Assembly: GCA_964244895.1 (NCBI GenBank)
Contig: CAXTKV010000088.1
Location: forward strand, 1 to 10,896
Reading direction: 5' to 3'
Origin: an uncultured Deinococcales bacterium
GTDB taxonomy: Bacteria > Deinococcota > Deinococci > Deinococcales > JAAFIG01
DNA: 10,896 nucleotides
The translations under genes were made by a program, and so were the position numbers. Below the pieces are notes generated by a model. It saw only the letters and a list, made by a program, of their open reading frames with translations, was not told the DNA's origin and did no database searches. This document shows, piece after piece, positions 1-6,933 of this stretch (positions within the stretch are counted from its first letter, which is position 1; each line of letters opens with the position of its first letter).

Positions 1-209
1 GCCTCGAAACCCTGAGGGGCAGCCTTGCCCGCCTTCAGTTCGTACCGCTTGAACAACTTCCCGTCTCGCACGAGGCAGCACGTGCCATCCAGCTTGACGG
101 TGGCACGTCCTTCACCAGTGAAAACCCATTCAGTTCCCGGCACAACTTCATTGCGCACGAGTCGATCCCCGTCGTAATTTCGTTGAAACAGCGTGACGAT
201 TTTTTGCAT
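1..209 (-). CDS. 5' part (69 aa, runs off the window) of a DUF5565 / RLIG1 (C12orf29)-like ATP-dependent RNA ligase
   Basis: Not in the ORF track. Manual translation from ATG 209 (SD GGAGA at 213-217) gives MQKIVTLFQRNYDGDRLVRNEVVPGTEWVFTGEGRATVKLDGTCCLVRDGKLFKRYELKAGKAAPQGFE. TVKLDGTCC contains the nucleotidyltransferase motif I (KxDG) and resembles TEKVDGTCC of C12orf29/RLIG1 as I recall it. Confidence 0.8.
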   Translation of the reverse strand, partial: MQKIVTLFQRNYDGDRLVRNEVVPGTEWVFTGEGRATVKLDGTCCLVRDGKLFKRYELKAGKAAPQGFE

Positions 210-290
210 GATTCTCCGTGGTCGCACGATGTTTTCAGGCACGAACCTGGTATTTCGTTGTGTCGAACTTGATGGTTGTCGTCTCGAGAA

Positions 291-348
291 TACACCGTCC
301 AGCACGGCATTCTTGATGCTCGAGAATTCACTGTCCTGGACGGTGTTC
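291..348. repeat. Paired quasi-palindromic intergenic motif, locus 1 (centres 301 and 337, 36 bp)
   Basis: TACACCGTCC-A-GCACGG ... CACTGTCC-T-GGACGGTGTTC. Confidence 0.85.
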
Positions 349-417
349 CTGATTTACGAAAGGATGTTCGATGGAGTCCCAACCCGCTCGAGTTCGGTCG
401 ACATCGTCTGGGACGCG

Positions 418-1461
418 TCAACCACCGGGCTCGAGAATCACCTTGCTGGCCTGGCGTCGATCAAAAAGCGCGTAGCCTTCAGCCGCGTCCAGCAGGCTCA
501 TGCGGTGGCTGACCACCACGGTCGGGTCGATCCTGCCGGACGCCACGAGTTTCAGCGTGGTGTCGATGTCGCGGTGAATGTTCGCCAGCCCGACGCGGAA
601 ACTCACGTCCTTGTTGAGGCTGTCGCGCAAGGGGTATTCCAGGGTTTCGGTGGTGCTGACGCCGACCGCGCTGATGCGCCCGCCGGGACGCACCAGCTCG
701 AACGCCAGCAGGATGGTTTTCGTGCCGCCGACCGCTTCGACGATCACGTCCGCGCCGTCTCCGTCGGTGATCTCGAGCACGCGGCGCACGGGGTTGGATT
801 CCCTGGAATCGACGCCGATGGCTCCGAGCGATTCCGCCAGCGCCACGCGTTCGGGCACCAGGTCGATCGCGATCACGCGACCCGCACCCTGCGCGAAGGC
901 GCTCTGCACCGCCATGATCCCGACCGGGCCGCAACCGATCACCGCGACCGTTTCACCGGGCTCGAGCTGCGCGTTCTTGACCGCGCCGTAGGCGGTCGTC
1001 AGGATGTCGCCGCAGAAGAGCGCGGCCTCGTCGGAAACACTTTCAGGGATGGCGCGCAGGTTCACGTCGGCCACGGGAATCCGCGCGTATTCGGCCTGCG
1101 TGCCGTTCAGGTTGCCGAACACCGGCCCGTACCCAAGCACGCCCGCCGCGACGCACTGGTGGTACTCGCCGCGACGGCAGGCGCGGCAGCGCCCGCAGGC
1201 CGTGTGGAAGGTGCCGACCACCCGATCACCGACCTGGAAGCCGCGCACGCCGGGGGCAGCGGCTTCGATCACGCCGGTGTACTCGTGTCCGCAGGTGTCG
1301 CCGGGCAGCATCGGAATATCGCCGTGCAGCAAATGCAAATCGGAACCGCAGATCGCGCACTTGGTGACGCGCACGATCGCGTCCTGGTCGTCCTGCAATT
1401 CGGGTTCAGGCACGTCGGACACGGTCATGACACCGATGTCCTGGAAGGTCACGGCTTTCAC
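418..1461 (-). CDS. Zinc-dependent medium-chain alcohol/aldehyde dehydrogenase (FDH-like MDR family), 347 aa
   Basis: Motifs CGSDLH, GHE, structural-Zn CGRCRACRRGEYHQC, GDILTTAY and Rossmann GCGPVG. The likely start is GTG 1461 (MKAVTFQD), with SD GGAG at 1466-1469 and a GTGA overlap with the upstream SCP2 stop. The track's extension to 1857 looks spurious. Confidence 0.93.
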   Translation of the reverse strand: MKAVTFQDIGVMTVSDVPEPELQDDQDAIVRVTKCAICGSDLHLLHGDIPMLPGDTCGHEYTGVIEAAAPGVRGFQVGDRVVGTFHTACGRCRACRRGEYHQCVAAGVLGYGPVFGNLNGTQAEYARIPVADVNLRAIPESVSDEAALFCGDILTTAYGAVKNAQLEPGETVAVIGCGPVGIMAVQSAFAQGAGRVIAIDLVPERVALAESLGAIGVDSRESNPVRRVLEITDGDGADVIVEAVGGTKTILLAFELVRPGGRISAVGVSTTETLEYPLRDSLNKDVSFRVGLANIHRDIDTTLKLVASGRIDPTVVVSHRMSLLDAAEGYALFDRRQASKVILEPGG

Positions 1462-1883
1462 GGTTCTCCGGGGAAGGCCGTTTCCGCCTGCGTGGCGCAA
1501 TGCACCAGTTCCTTGGCGGCGGCCACGTAGCGCGCCAGCACGGCCATGTTGCCTTTGACCAGCTTCAACTTGCCGCGCAGCAAACCCTGGATCGGCTCGA
1601 GCTTGCCCTCGAGCACCTGACGCCAGGTGTACGCGTCCGCGCTGACGATGTACTGCGCGTGCGCCAGGTCGTCCGGGCTGGCGGCGCGACCGTCGCGGCA
1701 TTCGCCGTGCCACAAATCGAAATACGCGCTGCGCGCTTCGGGCACGCCGATGCTCGGGTCGGATTGCAGCGTGAAGACCATCGCGCCTTCCCAGGTTTTG
1801 GCGGCCTGTTTGTACCCGGCGCTGTTGCGAATCACGTCTGCGGCGGTTTTCGCCCATTCGTCGCTGAATAACTCGAGCTTCAT
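1458..1883 (-). CDS. SCP2 sterol/lipid-binding domain protein, 141 aa
   Basis: MKLELFSDEW...YKQAAKTWEG...TWRQVLEGKLEPIQGLLRGKLKLVKGNM is a typical SCP2 C-terminal signature. ATG at 1883, SD GAGGAGG at 1891-1897. Confidence 0.88.
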   Translation of the reverse strand: MKLELFSDEWAKTAADVIRNSAGYKQAAKTWEGAMVFTLQSDPSIGVPEARSAYFDLWHGECRDGRAASPDDLAHAQYIVSADAYTWRQVLEGKLEPIQGLLRGKLKLVKGNMAVLARYVAAAKELVHCATQAETAFPGEP

Positions 1884-1920
1884 GCGTCGGCCTCCTCGAG
1901 AACCTTGAGTGTGTGACCGC

Positions 1921-1926
1921 ATCCTA
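1921..1926 (-). promoter_or_regulatory. Putative -10 box (TAGGAT) of the SCP2-ADH operon
   Basis: TAnnnT hexamer about 25 nt upstream of the SD sequence. Confidence 0.5.
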
Positions 1927-1954
1927 GCCCGCGCTTCCCCAAAACGCGATGCGC

Positions 1955-2017
1955 GAGAACACCGTCCTGGACAGCGTCGTTTGATACGCAAGATTCCGCG
2001 TGCTGGACGGTGTTCTT
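1955..2017. repeat. Paired motif, locus 2 (centres 1968 and 2004, 36 bp)
   Basis: GAGAACACCGTCC-T-GGACAG ... CGCGTGC-T-GGACGGTGTTCTT. Confidence 0.9.
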
Positions 2018-2086
2018 CGATTTTTGGCTCGAGACGCGAAGCTCGAGGATTCGCGTTCGCGCTGGAAACTCGAGCATCCTTTTTTC

Positions 2087-2176
2087 GTCATCCTGAACTT
2101 TGTTCAGGATCTTTCGCCGTTGTGCAGCCTGACTCGCTCACCTCGAGATCCTTCGTCGTGAACTCTTCAGGATGAC
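2087..2176. repeat. 90-bp REP/RPE-like palindromic element (GTCATCCTGA family)
   Basis: 11-bp terminal inverted repeats GTCATCCTGAA / TTCAGGATGAC, internal hairpin ATCCTGAAC-TTT-GTTCAGGAT, and inner AGGATCT / AGATCCT arms. Confidence 0.8.
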
Positions 2177-2187
2177 AGCGTGAAAGC

Positions 2188-3033
2188 TCAGGCCGAACCC
2201 AATTCCACGTCGATCGGGTACGACCCCAGCACCTTCACGAAGGTCGCCTTCTGGAGCAAATTCACCAGCGCCCGCGAGACGACGGGATCGTTGGCGTGAC
2301 CCTCGAAATCCACATAGAACACGTAACTCCAGGCGCGGTCGCGGCGCGGACGGGATTCGATCTTGGTCATGTTCAATCCCGCGAGCGTGGAGAGCGAATC
2401 GATCAGCGCACCCGGCTTGTGGCGCACGGCGAAGACGATGCTGGTCTTGAAGGTGTGGTCGGTGCGCGCGGGTTCCTCGCGGGAAAGCATGAAAAAGCGC
2501 GTGTAGTTGAACTCCTCGTCCTCGATGGCTTCCTTCAAGATCTCGAGGCCGTACAGTTCGGCGGCGCGGCGCGACGCGATCACGGCCTCGTCGCGGGCTT
2601 CTCGAGCCACGAGTTCCTGCGCGCTGCCCGCCGTGTCGAAGGCTTCGACGGCTTTGAGGTTGTGCTCCGCGATGAAGCCATCGCATTGCGCCAGCGCCTG
2701 CGGATGAGAGCGCACCACGCGCACGTCGGAAAGTTTCACGCCCGGCAGGGCCATCAGGCAGTGCGAGACGCGCACCACGATCTCTCGGGCGACGTGCAAG
2801 TCCGTCTCGAGGAGCAGATCAAAATTCTGGTAGATTGCGCCCGCCAGCGAGTTTTCCACCGGCACGACGCCCAGGTCGGCGGAGCCATCGCGCACGGCGG
2901 CGAAGACCTCGTGGAAGGTGCGGTAGCCGCGCGGTTCGGCGTGCTGGCTGGCCTCGCGCGCGGCGATCTCGCCATACGCGCCGGGCACGCCCTGGAAGGC
3001 GACGGTGACAGGGTTCACGGCTGCTGATTTCAT
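2188..3033 (-). CDS. pheA: Prephenate dehydratase (PDT + ACT domain)
   Basis: Motifs [45 protein letters not shown] and NMTKIESRP...[12 protein letters not shown] 3033 lies 7 nt after a TACCCT -10 box. Confidence 0.96.
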   Translation of the reverse strand: MKSAAVNPVTVAFQGVPGAYGEIAAREASQHAEPRGYRTFHEVFAAVRDGSADLGVVPVENSLAGAIYQNFDLLLETDLHVAREIVVRVSHCLMALPGVKLSDVRVVRSHPQALAQCDGFIAEHNLKAVEAFDTAGSAQELVAREARDEAVIASRRAAELYGLEILKEAIEDEEFNYTRFFMLSREEPARTDHTFKTSIVFAVRHKPGALIDSLSTLAGLNMTKIESRPRRDRAWSYVFYVDFEGHANDPVVSRALVNLLQKATFVKVLGSYPIDVELGSA

Positions 3034-3040
3034 GATTGCC

Positions 3041-3070
3041 AGGGTACGCGCGCAATCCACTTTCACGCAA
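3041..3070 (-). promoter_or_regulatory. Leaderless-type promoter of pheA (TTGCGT-18 nt-TACCCT-7 nt-ATG)
   Basis: -10 at 3041-3046, -35-like at 3065-3070, no SD sequence. Confidence 0.65.
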
Positions 3071-3078
3071 GTTGATTC

Positions 3079-3129
3079 AAGAACACCGTCCCGGACGCAT
3101 TCTCGAGAACACGTGCCGGACGGTACTTT
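3079..3129. repeat. Paired motif, locus 3 (centres 3092 and 3117, 25 bp)
   Basis: AAGAACACCGTCC-C-GGACGC ... CACGTGC-C-GGACGGTACTTT. Confidence 0.9.
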
Positions 3130-3132
3130 TCA

Positions 3133-3268
3133 GTCCTCCCCCGTTTACACGGGAGGTGGCATCAGCCCGCCTTGGGCTGATGCCGGAGGAGTCTGGCGCG
3201 ACCCCTCCGTCTCGAGCCATCCAACATCGGGATGACTCGATCCACCTCCTCTACTTCGCAGGGGATGG
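3133..3268. repeat. Inverted doublet of CCTCCCC-type structured REP units (3133-3193 on +, 3200-3268 on -)
   Basis: Each unit reads CCTCCCC-loop-GGG(G)AGGTG-[variable hairpin]-GGAGG(G/A)GTC. The hairpins are GGCATCAGCCC/GGGCTGATGCC and TCGAGTCATCC/GGATGGCTCGA. Confidence 0.82.
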
Positions 3269-3289
3269 CACAAACCAGGGTCTCGCGGT

Positions 3290-4528
3290 TCAGCTCGCGA
3301 GTTTCGCCATCGTGCGGGCCAGAACTTCGATGCCACGGGCGATGTCCTCGGGTGCGGCGTACTCGTCGGGGCGGTGGCTGACCCCGGCGCGGCACGGAAT
3401 GAAAATCATGCCGACAGGCGCGATGCGCGCCATGAACAACGAATCGTGGTACGCCCGAGAGACCATCTCGAGGCGCGGCAGGTTCATGTCGTCGCACGCG
3501 GCGCGGATCGCGTCCAGCACGGTTGGGTCGCTCAGTGCGGGCGGGTCGGAATTGATCACCTCGAGCGTGAAGTCAATCTCGCGCCTGCCGCAGATTTCTT
3601 CGATGGCATCCTGCACCCGATTGACGGCCTCGTCGCGCCTCGCGCCGTCGATGTCGCGCACGTCGATGCCCAGGGTCGCTTGACTGGGAATGCTGTTGAT
3701 CGCGCCGGGATGAATTTCGAGGATGCCGGTCGTGCCCACGGCGTCGATCGCGCCCGCGTCCAGCGCGGCTTTCTCGACCGCCAGCGCGATCTCGGCAGCG
3801 GCCAGAAGCGCGTCGCGGCGTCCGGGCATCAGGCGCGCCCCGGCGTGGCCGCCCTCGCCGGTCAGGCGCACGAAGAAACTGGCGGGTGCGGCGATGGCGG
3901 TCACGATGCCGATGGGCAGGTGTTGCTGCTCGAGGATCGGGCCTTGCTCGATGTGCAATTCCACGAAAGCGGCGTAACGATCCGCGCCCAGTCTGACGGA
4001 CTCGAGTGCGCCCGTGAAGCCCGCACCCGCGCGCACCGTCTCGGGATCGAGGCCTTCGGCGTCGCGCAGGGCGCGCAGCTGATCGGGCGTGAACGCGCCC
4101 GACATCGCCCGAGAACTCAGGCAGCCCACGCCGAAGCGCGTGGGTTCCTCGGCGGTGAACATGATCAGTTCCAGTGATCGGGTGGGCGCAAAACCCGCGC
4201 GCTTCAACGCCCGCAGCGCCTCGAGCCCGCCCAGCACGCCGACCGTGCCGTCAAAGCGCCCCGAGTGCGGAATCGCGTCCGCGTGCGAACCCGTCGCCAC
4301 CGCCGGAAGACGCTGGTCAGAACCTTCCATACGCACGAACAGCGTGCCCAACGCGTCCTCGCGCCATGTGAAACCCGCCTCGTCGCACAAGGATTTGATG
4401 TAGGCTCGCGCTTCCAGATCGGTTTTCGTGTACAGCACGCGCGTCACGGCTGGCGCTGGCGCGTCCGAAAACGAGGCCAGATGCTCGAGTTCGGCCCAGA
4501 CGAGGTCAATATCGACGTGAATGTCCAT
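3290..4528 (-). CDS. M20 metallo-amidohydrolase, most like (S)-ureidoglycolate amidohydrolase (plant UAH-type), 412 aa
   Basis: Motifs GSHADA, G..DGTVGVL, EEPTRFG, ELHIEQGP, GHAG and SH.PDE. SDAPAPAVTRVLYT and SRAYHDSLFMARIAPVGMIFIPC resemble plant UAH rather than AllC (SGAGHDA). The gene is adjacent to allE. Confidence 0.88.
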   Translation of the reverse strand: MDIHVDIDLVWAELEHLASFSDAPAPAVTRVLYTKTDLEARAYIKSLCDEAGFTWREDALGTLFVRMEGSDQRLPAVATGSHADAIPHSGRFDGTVGVLGGLEALRALKRAGFAPTRSLELIMFTAEEPTRFGVGCLSSRAMSGAFTPDQLRALRDAEGLDPETVRAGAGFTGALESVRLGADRYAAFVELHIEQGPILEQQHLPIGIVTAIAAPASFFVRLTGEGGHAGARLMPGRRDALLAAAEIALAVEKAALDAGAIDAVGTTGILEIHPGAINSIPSQATLGIDVRDIDGARRDEAVNRVQDAIEEICGRREIDFTLEVINSDPPALSDPTVLDAIRAACDDMNLPRLEMVSRAYHDSLFMARIAPVGMIFIPCRAGVSHRPDEYAAPEDIARGIEVLARTMAKLAS

Positions 4529-4535
4529 GCGCTCG

Positions 4536-4541
4536 AGTCTA
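4536..4541 (-). promoter_or_regulatory. -10 box TAGACT 7 nt upstream of ATG 4528 (leaderless-type)
   Basis: TAGACT-CGAGCGC-ATG, no SD sequence. Confidence 0.65.
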
Positions 4542-4551
4542 AGGGTCGCGC

Positions 4552-4614
4552 GACCCCTCCGTCACCAGCCGACACCGGGCTGATGACATCTCCCCTATCA
4601 AGGCAGGGGAGGAC
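4552..4614 (-). repeat. CCTCCCC-type structured REP unit
   Basis: Reverse complement GTCCTCCCCTGCCTTGATAGGGGAGATGTCATCAGCCCGGTGTCGGCTGGTGACGGAGGGGTC is colinear with 3133-3193 and has compensatory stem changes. Confidence 0.85.
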
Positions 4615-4630
4615 AAAACTCGTCGGGCTC

Positions 4631-4690
4631 GAGAAGACCGTCCAGGACGGGGTTTCTCGAGCGTCAAAAACCGCGTGTGGAACGGTCTTT
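4631..4690. repeat. Paired motif, locus 4 (centres 4644 and 4679, 35 bp)
   Basis: GAGAAGACCGTCC-A-GGACGGGGTTTC ... CGCGTGT-G-GAACGGTCTTT. It abuts the allE stop codon. Confidence 0.82.
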
Positions 4691-5429
4691 ACTCGAGCGG
4701 GTGGCGGTTCCAGTCCTTGTAGATCAGGTACGCGCTCGGCGTCTTGCCCAAAGCACCGAACCATTGCGGGCAGTACGGAGCCATGTAGATCACGTCCCCG
4801 GCGGTGACGGGATACCAGGCGTCGGACAGGCGGTAGATGCCGCCGCCCGTCAGCATCACCAGGCCGTGCTCCATGACGTGAACCTCGACCATTGATAAAC
4901 TTGCGCCGGGATCGTAGATCATGGTGTTGACCGCGAAATCGAAGGCGGGATCGTCGGGCAACAGCACCCGCACCCTCAAGGCCGGGTCACCACCCAACGG
5001 GCTCGAGGCGAGCTTATTGGCGTTGCCGACCAGGAATTTGGGCGGTTTGACGCCCTCCAGATCCTGGTAGGGTTTCTCGATCACGATGCTGCGGGACGCT
5101 GTTCTGGACGCGATCTCGTGCTCCTGCTCGGGCGGGATGTACGCGTACCCGCCGGGTTTGAGCGCGTGGGATTTCTTGCCGATCTGCAGGCTCAACTCGC
5201 CGTCCAGCACGTACACGAATCGGCTGGCGTCGGGGTCTGCCCGACCGAACACGCCGCCCGGTTGCGCCTCGACGGTGTACTCCGTGAATCCCGCCCCGAG
5301 CGTCGGGTTGATGTGAACGATGCAGGTCGCGTCGACGAATCCCGGCCAGGCCGCGCGGACGAAGGTGTCCGCCGTCAACAGGGCGTGATCGGGTTTGACG
5401 CTGGTGCGGGTGAATCCGAGTTGCTGCAT
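4689..5429 (-). CDS. allE: (S)-ureidoglycine aminohydrolase (bicupin), 246 aa
   Basis: Motifs LGFTRTSVKPDHALLT, FDFAVNTM, VEVHVMEHGL...GGGIYRL..WYPVTAGDVIYMAPYCPQWFGALGK...YLIYKDWNRHP. ATG at 5429 with SD GGAGG at 5437-5441. Confidence 0.95.
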   Translation of the reverse strand: MQQLGFTRTSVKPDHALLTADTFVRAAWPGFVDATCIVHINPTLGAGFTEYTVEAQPGGVFGRADPDASRFVYVLDGELSLQIGKKSHALKPGGYAYIPPEQEHEIASRTASRSIVIEKPYQDLEGVKPPKFLVGNANKLASSPLGGDPALRVRVLLPDDPAFDFAVNTMIYDPGASLSMVEVHVMEHGLVMLTGGGIYRLSDAWYPVTAGDVIYMAPYCPQWFGALGKTPSAYLIYKDWNRHPLE

Positions 5430-5449
5430 GGTCTCGCCTCCGTCCCAGG

Positions 5450-5458
5450 AGTCTGGCA
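5450..5458 (-). promoter_or_regulatory. Possible extended -10 (TG-C-CAGACT) for allE
   Basis: Lies 8 nt upstream of the SD sequence. The first base is non-consensus. Confidence 0.35.
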
Positions 5459-5499
5459 CGGGGCGCGCCCACGGCGCGAATCTCGAGCCCTGAGATCCC

Positions 5500-5580
5500 A
5501 AGAACACCGTCCCGGACGCAATTTCAAGGACGCGTGCTGGACGGTGCTTTCAGTCCTCCCTCACTTCGCGGGAGAGGCAA
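5500..5580. repeat. Paired motif, locus 5 (centres 5513 and 5538, 25 bp), followed by a single REP hairpin
   Basis: AAGAACACCGTCC-C-GGACGC ... CGCGTGC-T-GGACGGTGCTTT CAGTCCTCCCTCACTTCGCGGGAGAGGC. This is a near direct repeat of 3079-3156. Confidence 0.9.
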
Positions 5581-5611
5581 AAAAGCGGGTTCTCGAGATC
5601 GGGCGTGCGGC

Positions 5612-6175
5612 TTAACCGTCCACCAGCGCCCGATAGTTCGCCAGTCCCGGCGCGGCGAAGGTCTCGAGCAGCTCCATCCAGAGCGAGGTCTGACCCAACA
5701 GCGGCCTCGAGAGCACCAGGTAGGTCGGGCCTTTCAGGTTCACGAACGCGGCGCGGCGATCCGGCGGCAGGGTCACGGAACCGATCAGGTTATCGATCAG
5801 ATCGCAGACCTTGACGGCCCAGGCTTCGGCATCCTGGGCGCGTTCGAGCCGCGAAACCATGCCCGCCCAGCGCCGGTCTTTCCCGAGCCCCGTCCTGACC
5901 TCCAGGCTCATGTCGTGGCTGGAGAGGTCGACGATCTCGAGGGTGCGCTCCGAGTACCCCAGCTCGCGCAAGTTCTCGAGCGAGGTCTCGCCGTCCTCGA
6001 CGATATCGTGCAGCAGCCCAGCCAACACCACGTCCTGGGCGTAACCGTGCCGCGTCAGGCGTTCGGCGACGCGCAGGCTGTGATGGTACGCGGGTTCCGT
6101 GGAACCCTTGCGTACCCCCGGAATTCTCTGGCTGACGAGCTTCACGCCGAGCTGATAAAGCGGATCTTGGGTCAT
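5612..6175 (-). CDS. Stand-alone RelA/SpoT-type HD-domain hydrolase (HD_4 / small alarmone hydrolase / Mesh1-like), 187 aa
   Basis: RKGSTEPAYHHSLRVA, LAGLLHDIVEDG and VKVCDLIDN match the RSH HD motifs R..GEPY..H, AALLHD.VED and VKLADRLHN. Confidence 0.8.
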   Translation of the reverse strand: MTQDPLYQLGVKLVSQRIPGVRKGSTEPAYHHSLRVAERLTRHGYAQDVVLAGLLHDIVEDGETSLENLRELGYSERTLEIVDLSSHDMSLEVRTGLGKDRRWAGMVSRLERAQDAEAWAVKVCDLIDNLIGSVTLPPDRRAAFVNLKGPTYLVLSRPLLGQTSLWMELLETFAAPGLANYRALVDG

Positions 6176-6181
6176 GCCTTC

Positions 6182-6187
6182 AGTCTA
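6182..6187 (-). promoter_or_regulatory. -10 box TAGACT 6 nt upstream of ATG 6175 (leaderless-type)
   Basis: TAGACT-GAAGGC-ATG. Confidence 0.65.
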
Positions 6188-6194
6188 GTCCCGT

Positions 6195-6247
6195 AAGAAC
6201 ACCGTTCCACACGGTGTTCTTTGAAGTGCGTGCTGGACGGTGTTCTT
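6195..6247. repeat. Paired motif, locus 6 (centres 6208 and 6234, 26 bp)
   Basis: AAGAACACCGT-TCCAC-ACGGTGTTCTT (perfect 11-bp arms) ... GCGTGC-T-GGACGGTGTTCTT. Confidence 0.9.
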
Positions 6248-6291
6248 TGATGGGAGTCTCGAGCCGGGTGCGGTCGGCAAGGATCAAAGGC

Positions 6292-6933
6292 TCACAGCGA
6301 CCCGTTTCTCGAGGCCGGGCGCACGACCCTGGTGACGACCCAGCGGTGCGGCGCAATCTGCCGGGTACGGGTGAAGCCGTGGTTCTCGAAGGCGGCCATC
6401 GGCCCGGTGTGCAGGAACGAACCCGCGAGCGTGCGGTCGTCGGTCTCCTCGGGGTAGCCCTCGACCGTGCCGCCCCCGACGCGGGCGATCTCGGCCAGCG
6501 CCCCACCGAGCGCGGCGTTGGCGACGCCACGACCGCGCAGGCCCTTGCCGGTGAAGAAGCACGTGATGCGCCAGTCCGGCATGGCGACCAGGCCCTTCTC
6601 GTACAGGCGTCGGCTCTTGATCTCCGGCAGCTCGTCGGGGGAGCCGAACTGACACCAGCCCAGGCACTGATCGCCGTCGAAGACCAGCGCGGCGTGGGTG
6701 CGGCCATCATGGACGCGCTGCTCCTTCTCGGCTCGGTTTTGCGCCGCCGTGCGCCCCTTGAGCCTGACGTGAAAGCCCATGCACCAGCAGCCTCCCCAGA
6801 TACCGTTATTCGCCTCGACGAGTTGCGCAAATGCGTCCCAGGTGTCAGGTGTTAGCGGCCTGACCGCGTACTCGCTCGTGTCGGAAGCCTCGGCTGGCCT
6901 TCTGGAAATGTCCGTCGAAATTTTTTTAGCCAT
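6292..6933 (-). CDS. GNAT-family N-acetyltransferase (GCWC-motif type), about 213 aa
   Basis: Motifs WGGCWCMGFH, GWCQFG, ITCFFT..GLRGRGVA (acetyl-CoA binding), VEGYP and FENHGF. Likely ATG 6933 overlaps the upstream DinB stop. Confidence 0.88.
   Translation of the reverse strand: MAKKISTDISRRPAEASDTSEYAVRPLTPDTWDAFAQLVEANNGIWGGCWCMGFHVRLKGRTAAQNRAEKEQRVHDGRTHAALVFDGDQCLGWCQFGSPDELPEIKSRRLYEKGLVAMPDWRITCFFTGKGLRGRGVANAALGGALAEIARVGGGTVEGYPEETDDRTLAGSFLHTGPMAAFENHGFTRTRQIAPHRWVVTRVVRPASRNGSL

Noticed and set aside
35..421. 128-aa minus-strand ORF from the track
   Set aside because: It crosses an intergenic repeat locus and overlaps, in another frame, the better-supported RNA-ligase-like gene starting at 209.
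5430..5500. Possible purine, xanthine or guanidine riboswitch upstream of allE
   Set aside because: I recognise no aptamer consensus, and a -10-like box close to the SD leaves little leader. An Rfam/Infernal scan would settle it.
5553..5584. Hairpin plus A-run as terminator of the HD gene
   Set aside because: On the minus strand the T-run precedes the hairpin rather than following it. It is better explained as a collapsed REP.
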